This document shows positions 8,251-17,145 of a DNA stretch of 17,145 nt, one piece after another (within the stretch, counting starts at the first letter, position 1; every line of letters starts with the position of its first letter). Source of the stretch: Tubiluchus corallicola (Eukaryota; Animalia; Priapulida); assembly GCA_030141605.1 (NCBI GenBank), contig JAQGDQ010000249.1, positions 96,751 to 113,895 of the forward strand, given 5' to 3'. A program made the position numbers and the translations under genes. Under the pieces are notes generated by a model. It was not told the origin of the DNA, ran no database searches, and saw only the letters and a list, made by a program, of their open reading frames with translations.

Positions 8251-8542
8251 CTTCTCTTCTCCTCCCATTTCCTCTCCTCTCCAATTTCTGCTTTGAAATA
8301 TATTATTAGGTTAGGTGTTGATGTAACATTAGCTATGTGATAATATTAACACAGTTGGCAACAAGAGAAGCCTTATTAAACAACATTATTAAATATATTT
8401 ACAAAGCAATCGACCATAACATTAGTATTGTAGAATAAGTGGTCAGCTGAAAACATTTTCATCGTCATCCTCCCTGGATAGGCATATTATGACTGTATAA
8501 CGTGAATCAGCTAAGTCTATTATTCAAACCTACAAAGCAAAA

Positions 8543-9925
8543 ATGTCACTTGCATCATTTCTCAAAACTTGTGCCATCGTTTTTTATTTTCTTGAATGTT
8601 TTTGCATCAAAGGAATGTTGTGTAAAACTAAAACAAGGACTGAAAATTGTAACAGCTTCTATAACCAGTACAATTTAGATGCGTTTTATGGTAAAAACTC
8701 CAGAACACAGGGTTATTCACTCCACGGAGAGTTGCTTCGAGTGGGAGCATGGAGAGAAGATGTTATGAAGCCATATCTAGATCAGCTGCTCACGATGCTT
8801 AGCCAAGCAGCAAACTTCACGTACAAGGTGACATACATTAAACGTTCGGAAACTCTAGAAAATACAATTGATACAGGAGAATTCGACTTGTTATTGAGAC
8901 TATCCACAATGATACCAGAAAGAGCAAAAACTATGACGTTTCTTCACCCACTTGTTTATAATTCTCATGTATTTATCACAAAAAGAAATCAATTACAAGG
9001 TTTCAGTATAATAGATCCATTCACCACACTCGTGTGGTTGCTTCTGGTATTATATGGCATAGTAGTGGGTACAATACTTTACTATATTGACTACAGCAAA
9101 AACTTGCCGTACAACGAGGAAGAGATTATAAAATGCAGCAATTGCCAAAGAAAACTGGAAAAACCAGTGATAAAGAATGAAAGCAAGGCGTACTTTACTC
9201 GGTTCACACTATCGTCGTACCTCCAACAAGGTGGAACATATTTACCACAATGTTTATCCGCTAGGATGCTTATCGGATGGTGGTGGATTTTTGCTTGCAT
9301 CATCACGGCCATGTACATGGGCACACTGGTTAGTAAATTATTTGTAAGCAAGCAAGTTTATCCATTCACTACATTGCAAGAGTTGAAAGACAGCGACATA
9401 ATCCCTGTTACACTAGGTCGGCACAGCTCCACCTTGCAAATGAAAAACAGACCGGAATTTAGACAACTGTGGCAGAGAATGAAAACGGATCCTAACATAC
9501 CTGCCGACAGTGCAGAGATGGCATTAGAGCTGACATCTACTGGAAAATACACCTTGTTTACAATAGGGACTTATGCAAAGTTCTTCTTAATTAAGGATTA
9601 TGAATTATATGAAAAATGTAGATTTTCTGTTTCTCCATTTTTGAGATTTTCGTTACCATCAGCATTAGTTGTACCAAAGAACAGTAACTACACAGAAGTC
9701 CTAAATTTTGCTCTTGCTACATTAAAGGAACACGGTCTTGTGGACAAACTGCTACAACAGTTACTGCAACCATCGGCAAAGTGTTTAGACTCACCTGTTC
9801 AGCATGTAGGCACGTTATCAATTAATGTGAAGCAACTTAATGTAGTTTTTTGGGTGTTGATATTTGGAATCTGTGTAGCATTGTTTACATTTATTAGCGA
9901 GCTTGCTTACAAGAAATTTATGTGA
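8543..9925 (+). CDS. Intronless iGluR/IR-like subunit, copy 3 (460 aa; T259M in M3, E341I in S2)
   Basis: Intact ORF colinear with the other copies. The upstream promoter motifs are degraded. Confidence 0.9.
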   Translation: MSLASFLKTCAIVFYFLECFCIKGMLCKTKTRTENCNSFYNQYNLDAFYGKNSRTQGYSLHGELLRVGAWREDVMKPYLDQLLTMLSQAANFTYKVTYIKRSETLENTIDTGEFDLLLRLSTMIPERAKTMTFLHPLVYNSHVFITKRNQLQGFSIIDPFTTLVWLLLVLYGIVVGTILYYIDYSKNLPYNEEEIIKCSNCQRKLEKPVIKNESKAYFTRFTLSSYLQQGGTYLPQCLSARMLIGWWWIFACIITAMYMGTLVSKLFVSKQVYPFTTLQELKDSDIIPVTLGRHSSTLQMKNRPEFRQLWQRMKTDPNIPADSAEMALELTSTGKYTLFTIGTYAKFFLIKDYELYEKCRFSVSPFLRFSLPSALVVPKNSNYTEVLNFALATLKEHGLVDKLLQQLLQPSAKCLDSPVQHVGTLSINVKQLNVVFWVLIFGICVALFTFISELAYKKFM

Positions 9926-10833
9926 AAAGCAATAGTTTATGTGCTGAGCTCATTGCTGACGGATTTGTACATGATAATCGTCTATCAGCTAAGAGTGAAT
10001 ATGCTAAATTCAAACTAAATGATGAAATTGACTAGAGTATGTTTCATATGCGAGTAGATAAGATATCTCATTGTAAAAGTCAGTTGTTTATCTGATACGG
10101 TAAACTATGTATAACTTCAACTGGTATAACTTGAATTCTTGCATATCTTAAACAGATCTCGTGGAACAGATTTTTCCTTTTAATAAACATCGTGTAACTC
10201 AGATTATCGCGTAACTTGAACCAAATTCCCGGTACAGTTTTTAAGAAATGTACTGAAATTATCTCGCCTGTCTGGAACAGCCTCCCAAGCAAGAAGTCTT
10301 ACGTGAAAGCGTTCACCACATTACGATTTTAACTGCTAGTTTCAGTGAAAATGCTAAATTGCTTGTGTTACCTTAGTAGAACGCTGCATACGACATGGCT
10401 TAATAAACGTGGTATAATGTAGATCACAATATTATTATTGCCGAATTCCATTAACCATGCTCTTCAGTCTACAGTACATGATGTAGGCATGGTGACTGTA
10501 GGTCTGGTTCCTGATTTAGAGTTGGTGAGGCCCTAACCTATATAAAGCCCTGGGCCTGGTGTCAGAAAACTTGGAAATATATACGCCTCTTAATTATTTA
10601 ATATCAAAGTGAGCAATACAAATTATTTTCAAATGAATGACTTACTGGCAACATATTAATAATGTGGTTTGCTTAAACTCTGTCATATACATTTTGTATT
10701 ATAATAAAATGCAGCTATGACGGATGACCCAAATACTAAACAAAGGGAAGAAATAGCAAAAATTGAAAAAATCATAGAAAATACAAATCTCAAAAATGTT
10801 GGAAATCATTTAACAACTTTTATATGGTTTATC

Positions 10834-11406
10834 AGAAAAACAGTTAAAGGAAGCATTGCTTAATTCTATTTTAAATTAAATTATATTTTAATCTGTTGTG
10901 TCATTTTTGAAATCTTGGCAACTTTTAGATTTTATCATTCTGATTTTAATCTTTAATCAACTTAATTTTTCTTAACTGTGTATGACATTTATCAGTACTT
11001 TTACTTCTTAGTACTTTTAGTCTAAAATGTTGTTTTACCCCTAATCTAGTTCTGTTATATTTAGTAAATAATTTTTAACTGTTCTTTAATCTTTAAATTT
11101 TTCATTTTTCAATTATAATTTATTAATTTTATGAATTTTAACTTTATGACTCTTATTAGACTTATTTTATGAAACTTATTAACAATTTAAAATTCCTAAT
11201 TCTTGATGCTTAAGGTTTTAATTAAAATGCTCATTTAACTTAATGTATGCTATTAATGTGTAATTTTTATTTGTTTAATTTCACTTATTTGAAATTATCT
11301 ATTTAAAGTGATAATCATGCGTGAGCCATCCTGGAAATATTGTATTATATGCAATTCTGATTCAAATCCATGTAAAAAATAAATTTCTGTTTTATTCTAC
11401 TCTGTT
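10834..11406 (+). mobile_element. Second copy of the LINE-3'-end-like AT-rich block
   Basis: Colinear with 6917-7544 but lacking an internal piece of about 60 bp bounded by TTAATTTT. Confidence 0.4.
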
Positions 11407-11617
11407 CTTAGGGTGATCCGTGATTCGTTTTGAGTGAATCCACTTGGCGATTTCAAAGGAGATGTTGTTTGATACTTTTTCTCCTATAGGGCCCCATATT
11501 AGTGAAAATTTTAAAAAAAATGCGTAAAATTTAAGAAATCAAAATTTTGAAAATCCGTAGAAAGATGATTCTGTGTCTGTTAAATCCACATCCTGACCTG
11601 ACATTTCTTACAACTTT

Positions 11618-12125
11618 GATCCCAATGTGGAGTGTTAGGATTTTTCCTTAGATTTATTATATAACCTGTCGCGATGATGCTTTTGTGTTCTTATGTTGGG
11701 ATTCATCCAAGGATCATTTCCTGGATGAATCATTACTGTTTGATTTGGGATAGATCCACAACACAGTTTGTACATGCATCAATAATTAACTTGCATGTTT
11801 GGTTTACATTGAGAGTTATTAAAGCATCCAGATGACATTTGATAATTGATTTGAAAAATATAAAGTATCAACATTTTCATACTTCAAAACTTTTCTCACA
11901 TACCTTTTTACTTAATACATATATAAATTTCATATGGCTCAATATAGGACAGTGTCTGCATGCATCAGCAGTCGCTGTCTGTACAAACGTCCCAGCAAAC
12001 CTGTTTGGAATATTCGGAATGATAAGATCTAAACATGATTTTGACTCTGGTGAAATGTGAGTGGTTTTGTTTATGAACTGATGCAGACATTCATTATGCA
12101 AATGATAGAAAATCTTGTTCAACTC
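11618..12125 (-). mobile_element. Decayed LINE ORF2 fragment
   Basis: ORF 11877-12122(-) reads LHQFINKTTHISPESKSCLDLII...RHCPI, followed by the linker motif region. Confidence 0.7.
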
Positions 12126-12539
12126 TTTTCTTCCTCTCCCGTTTCCCCTCCTATTGCATTTTTATCCATTCTATTTTATTCTACTTCCTTCTATACTGTT
12201 GCCTTTTTGTTCTTTCTAATCTAATTTGCAGTTTGCACCTCTCTGATAGTGTTAAGTGTTTTATGTTTGCTCTTGTGTTGTTTCCACATTCGCTAGCGCC
12301 AGTGCTGCATACAAAAGCCAAATCTTTTGATACCTAGCAAACAAATACATAGCCAATAACGTTTTCGAAAGTGCATGTTCTGCAGCATTCTGCTTTTCAA
12401 TATGCTGTTAGTTTAGGTGTTGAGGTAACATCAACTTCAGCAGGCAACAGAAGAAGCCTAATTGAACACTAGACAGTTTGACAGAAAAAAAACACGCAGA
12501 ATGGGCTCCTGTCAATTAGCGTACAGACAATTACGATCA

Positions 12540-12596
12540 ATGCAAATATATTTACAAAGTAATCGACCACAACACATTGGCATTGTAGTATAAAAG
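12540..12596 (+). promoter_or_regulatory. Putative promoter of copy 4: octamer (12540-12547), ATTGG, TATAAAAG (12589-12596)
   Basis: Near-identical to the copy 2 promoter. Confidence 0.6.
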
Positions 12597-12695
12597 CGGT
12601 TAGCTGAAAACATTTTCATCTTCGCTGCATAGCCATATTATGACTGTATAACGTGAATCAGCTAACGTTCATGATTCGATTTTCCAAAGCAAAAA

Positions 12696-14078
12696 ATGTC
12701 ATTTGCATCATTTCTCAAAACGTGTGCCATTGTTTTTTATTTCCTTGAATGTTTTTGCATCAAAGGAACGTTGTGTAAGACTAAACCAATGACTGAAAAT
12801 TGCAACAGACTGTATAACCAGAACAATTTAGATGTGCTTTATGGTAAAAACTTCAGAACACAGGGTTATTCACTCCATGGAGAGATGCTTCGAGTTGGAG
12901 CATGGAGAGACCATCCGATCAAGCCATATCTAGATCAACTGCTTATGATGCTCAGCCAAGCAGCAAACTTTACGTACAAGGTGACGTACATCAAACGTTT
13001 TGAAACTCCAGAAAATATAATTGATACAGGAGAATTCGACTTGTTTTTGTGCTTAGTCACCATGTTACCAGAAAGAACAAAATGCATGACGTTTCTTCAC
13101 CCACTTGCTTATAATTCTCATGTATTTATCACAAAAAGACATCAATTACAAGGTTTCAGTATAGTAGACCCATTCACCACACTCGTGTGGCTGCTTCTGG
13201 TATTATATGGCATAGTAGTGGGTACAATACTTTACTATATTGACTACAGCAAAAACTTGCCGTACAACGAGGAAGAGATTATAAAATGCAGTAATTGCCA
13301 AAGAAAACTGGAAAAACCAGTGATAAAGAATGAAAGTAAGGCGTACTTTACTCGTTTCACACTATCGTCATACCTCCAACAAGGTGGAACATATTTACCA
13401 CAATATTTATCCGCTAGGATGCTTATCGGATGGTGGTGGATTTTTGCTTGCATCATCACAGCCATGTACACGGGCACACTGGTTAGTAAATTATTTGTAA
13501 GTAAGCAAGTTTATCCATTCACTACATTGCAAGAGTTGAAAGACAGCGACATAGTTCCTGTTACACTAGGTGAGTTGGCCGCCACCATGCAAATGAAAAA
13601 CAGACCGGAATTTAGACATTTGTGGCAGAGAATGAAAGCGGATCGTAATGTACCTGCTGACAATGAAGAAGCAGCATTAGAGCTGACAGCTACTGGAAAA
13701 TACACCTTCTTCGCGGAAGAGACTTATGCAAAGCTCTCCTTAATTAAGGATTATGAATTATATGAAAAATGTAGATTTTCTGTTTCCCCGTTGTTGAAAT
13801 TTTCGTCACCATCATCATTAGTTGTACCAAAAAAAAGTAACTACACTGATGTCCTAAATTTTGCTCTTGTTACATTAAAAGAACACGGTCTTGTGGATGA
13901 ACTGCTACAACAGTTACTGCAGCCTTCGGAAAAATGTTTAGACTCACCTGTTCAGCATGTAGGCACATTATCAATTAATGTGGAGCAACTTGACGTAGTT
14001 TTTTGGGGGTTGATATTTGGAATCGGTGTAGCATTGTTTACATTTATTAGCGAGCTTGCTTACAAGAAGTTTATGTGA
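12696..14078 (+). CDS. Intronless iGluR/IR-like subunit, copy 4 (460 aa)
   Basis: Intact ORF. The 5' part is nearly identical to copy 2, and the 3' part and 3' flank resemble copy 3. Confidence 0.93.
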   Translation: MSFASFLKTCAIVFYFLECFCIKGTLCKTKPMTENCNRLYNQNNLDVLYGKNFRTQGYSLHGEMLRVGAWRDHPIKPYLDQLLMMLSQAANFTYKVTYIKRFETPENIIDTGEFDLFLCLVTMLPERTKCMTFLHPLAYNSHVFITKRHQLQGFSIVDPFTTLVWLLLVLYGIVVGTILYYIDYSKNLPYNEEEIIKCSNCQRKLEKPVIKNESKAYFTRFTLSSYLQQGGTYLPQYLSARMLIGWWWIFACIITAMYTGTLVSKLFVSKQVYPFTTLQELKDSDIVPVTLGELAATMQMKNRPEFRHLWQRMKADRNVPADNEEAALELTATGKYTFFAEETYAKLSLIKDYELYEKCRFSVSPLLKFSSPSSLVVPKKSNYTDVLNFALVTLKEHGLVDELLQQLLQPSEKCLDSPVQHVGTLSINVEQLDVVFWGLIFGIGVALFTFISELAYKKFM

Positions 14079-14882
14079 AAATCAATAGTTTATGTGCTGA
14101 CCTCATTGCTGACGGATTTGTAGATGATAATCATCTATCAGCTAAGAGTGGATATGCTAAATTCAAACTAAATGATGAAATTGACTGGAGTATGTTTCAT
14201 ATGTGAGTAGATGAGATATCTCATTGTAAATATCAGTTGTTTATCTGAAACGGTAAACTATGTATAACTTCAAGTGGTATAACTCGAATTCTTGTGTATC
14301 TTAAACAGATCTTGTGGAATGGATTTTCCTTTTAATAAACATCGTGTAATGCAGATTATCGCGTAACTTGAACAAAATTCCCGTTACAGTTTTTAAGAAA
14401 TGTACTGAAACTACCTCGCCTGTCTGGAATAGCCTCCCAAGCGAGAAGTCTTAACGAACATGGTATAATGTAGATCACAATATTAGTGATCTAAATTCTA
14501 TTAATCATGCTACTCAGACTACAGTACATGATGTAGGCAGGTGACTGTAGGTCTGGTGCCAGATTTAGACTTGGTGAGGCGCTAGACTATATAAAGCCCT
14601 GGGCCTGGTCTCAGAAAACTTGAAAATATATATGCCTCTTAATTATTTAATAGCAAAGTGAGCAATAGAAATTATTTTCGAATGAATGACTTACTGGCAA
14701 CATATTAATAATTTGGTTGGCTTAAACTCTGTCATATACATTTTGTATTATAATAAAATGTAGCTATGACGGACGACCCAAATACTAAACAAAGGGAAGA
14801 AATAGCAAAAATTGAAAAAATCATAGAAAATACAAATCTCAAAAATGTTGGAAATCATTTAACAACTATTATATGGTTTATC

Positions 14883-15452
14883 AGAAAAACAGTTAAAGAA
14901 AGCATTGCTTAATTCTATTTTATATTAAATTATATTTTAATCTGTTGTGTCATTTTTGAAATCTTAGCAACTTTTAGATTTTATCATTCTGATTTTAATC
15001 TTTAATCACCTTAATTTTTCTTAACTGTGTATGACATTTATCAGTACTTTTACTTCGTAGTATTTTTAGTCTAAAATGTTGTTTTACTCCTAATCTAGTT
15101 TTGTTACATTTAGTAAATAATTTTTAACTGTTTTTCAATCTTTCAATTTTTCATTTTTCGATTATTCTTTATGAATTTTATTAATTTTAACTTTATGACT
15201 CTTACTTGACTTGTTTTTTGAAACTTATTAACAATTTAAAATTCCTAACTCTTGATCCTTAGGGATTTAATTAAATGTTTATTTTATTTAATATGTGCTA
15301 TTAATGCGTAATTTTTATTTGTTTAATTTCACTTTTTGAAATTATATATTTAAAGTGCTAATCACGCATGGACCATCGTGGAAATATTGTATTATATGCA
15401 GTTTTGATCCACATTCATGTAAAAAAATAAATTTCTGTTCTATTCTAATATT
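14883..15452 (+). mobile_element. Third copy of the LINE-3'-end-like AT-rich block
   Basis: Colinear with the other two. The hairpin is best preserved here (15367-15419). Confidence 0.4.
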
Positions 15453-15660
15453 CTTAGGATGATCCATGATTTGTTTAGAGTGAATCCACTTGGCGATTTC
15501 AAAGGAGATCTTGTTTGAAACTTTACTCCTATAGGGTCCCGTGTTAGTGAAAATTAAAAAAAAATTGTAAAAATTAAAAATTAAAAATTTTGAAAATACC
15601 AAAAAAGATGATTCTGTGTCTGTTAATTCCACATCCTGACCTGACATTTCTTACAACTTT

Positions 15661-15940
15661 GATCCCAATGTGGAGTGTTAGGAGTTTTCCTTAGATTTAT
15701 TTATATAACCTGTTGCGACGAAGCTTTTGTGTTCTTATGTTGGGATTCATCCAAGGATCATTTCCAGGATGAACCATTGCTGTTTGATTTGGGATAGATC
15801 CACAACACAGTTTGTAAATGCATCTGTAATTAACTTGTATGTTTGGTTTATACTGAGAGTTATTAAAGCATCCAGAAGACATTTGATAATTGATTAAAAT
15901 TTTTTTCGTAATTCTGAACTTTTCTCACTTACCCTTTTAC

Positions 15941-15983
<43 letters not shown>

Positions 15984-16180
15984 TTCATATGGCTCAATAT
16001 AGGACAGTGTCTGCATGCATCAGCTGTCGCAGTCTGTACAAACGTTCCAGCAAACCAGTTTGGAATATTTGTAATGATAAGAACTAAACATGATTTTGAC
16101 TCTGGTGAAATGTGAGTGGCTTCGTTTATTAATTGAAGCAGACGATAATTACGTAAATGATACAAAATCTGATTCAACTC
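15661..16180 (-). mobile_element. Decayed LINE ORF2 fragment
   Basis: ORF 15941-16177(-) reads LLQLINEATHISPESKSCLVLIITN. ORF 15697-15882(-) reads IPNQTAMVHPGNDPWMNPNIRTQKLRRNRLYK, similar to the IP.K.V......PW....IR.....RNRL.K linker of CR1/L2-type ORF2. Confidence 0.72.
15944..15980. repeat. (AT)~18 microsatellite inside the LINE fragment
   Basis: Direct observation. Confidence 0.97.
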
Positions 16181-16280
16181 TTCTCTTCCCCTCCCATTTT
16201 CTCTCTTATTGCATTTTGATCTATTCTTTATTATTCTACTTTGTTCTACACTTTTGCCTTTTTGTTTTTTCGAGTTTACT

Positions 16281-16320
16281 CTAATCTAATCTAATCTAAT
16301 CTAATCTAATCTAATCTAAT
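16281..16320 (+). repeat. (CTAAT)8 microsatellite, preceded by a degenerate pentamer tract 16181-16280
   Basis: Direct count. Confidence 0.97.
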
Positions 16321-16706
16321 CCTTCAATCTCAAGGTGGACTTGATCAAAGTAGGAGACACTAATCACGTGTTACTTTTCGTTTTTAATTTACAGTTTGCT
16401 CCTCGCTGTCTGGGTTAAGTATAGTACGTTTGCTCTTGTGCGGTTTCTGCATTCGCTAGCTCCAGTGCCGCATACAAAAGCCAAATCTTTAGATACCTAG
16501 CAAACAAATGCATAGCCAATAAGTTCTGCAGAATTCTGCTTTTCAATATGTTATTATTTTAGGTGTTGAGGTAACATTAGCTAGGTGGTAATGTTAACAC
16601 AGGTGGCAACAGGACGAGAAGCCTAATTAAACACCAGAAAGTTTGACAGACAAAACGAACATATAGATTGGCACCTGGTAAATTAGCGCACACGCTATTA
16701 TGATTA

Positions 16707-16759
16707 ATGCAAATATATTTACAAAGTATATGTAACACATTGGCATTGTAGTATAAAAG
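16707..16759 (+). promoter_or_regulatory. Putative promoter of copy 5: octamer (16707-16714), ATTGG, TATAAAAG (16752-16759)
   Basis: Closely similar to the copy 1 promoter. Confidence 0.6.
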
Positions 16760-16862
16760 TGGTCAGCTGAAAACATTTTCATCGTCATCCTCCTTCGATA
16801 GGCATATTATGATTGTGTAATGTGAATCAGCTAAGTTTATTATTCACACTTCCAAAGCGAAA

Positions 16863-17145
16863 ATGTCGTTTGCATCATTTCTCAAAACTTGTGCCGTCAC
16901 TTTTTATTTCCTTGAATGTTTTTGGACCGCTGAAATGTCGTGTAAAACTAAAACAAGGACTGAAAATTGCAACAGTTTGAATAACCAGAACAATTTAAAT
17001 GCGTTTTATGGTAAAAACTTCAGAACAAGGGGTTATTCACTCCATGGAGAGATGCTTCGAGTTGGAGCATGGAGAGACGATCCGATGAAGCCATATCTAG
17101 ATCAGCTGCTTACGATGCTCAGCCAAGCAGCAAACTTCACATACA
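16863..17145 (+). CDS. iGluR/IR-like subunit, copy 5, 5' part (truncated by window end)
   Basis: Not in the ORF track. Manual translation gives MSFASFLKTCAVTFYFLECFWTAEMSCKTKTRTENCNSLNNQNNLNAFYGKNFRTRGYSLHGEMLRVGAWRDDPMKPYLDQLLTMLSQAANFTY, open to the end and most like copy 1. Confidence 0.9.
   Translation, partial: MSFASFLKTCAVTFYFLECFWTAEMSCKTKTRTENCNSLNNQNNLNAFYGKNFRTRGYSLHGEMLRVGAWRDDPMKPYLDQLLTMLSQAANFTY

Larger units (their letters stand above)
1..17145 (+). repeat. Tandem segmental duplication array (gene plus spacer units)
   Basis: ATG-to-ATG distances are 3957, 3651, 4153 and 4167 bp. Non-coding blocks recur in the same order in each spacer, with unit-specific deletions. Confidence 0.95.

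Overview
AT-rich eukaryotic (invertebrate-type) genomic DNA that is entirely a head-to-tail tandem array with a unit of about 3.7-4.2 kb. Each unit carries one intronless + strand gene for a 460-aa ionotropic glutamate receptor / variant Ionotropic Receptor (IR)-like channel. There are four complete copies (ATG at 935, 4892, 8543, 12696) and a fifth cut by the window end (ATG 16863). The proteins have a signal-peptide-like N-terminus, no amino-terminal domain, a very compact S1 lobe, M1, a QQGG pore loop, M3 (MYTGTLVSK in place of SYTANLAAF), S2, M4 and almost no C-tail. Differences between paralogues cluster at positions equivalent to ligand-contacting segments, and the copies are recombinant mosaics. 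Four copies share an octamer-CCAAT-TATA promoter, which copy 3 has lost. All five have a 3-codon uORF. The spacers hold co-duplicated decayed transposon pieces (a LINE endonuclease/linker fragment, a LINE-3'-end-like AT-rich insert, a MITE-like end) and microsatellites. There is no prokaryotic system, CRISPR array or RNA gene. Family assignments come from motif recognition by eye, not database searches, and the taxon cannot be determined.
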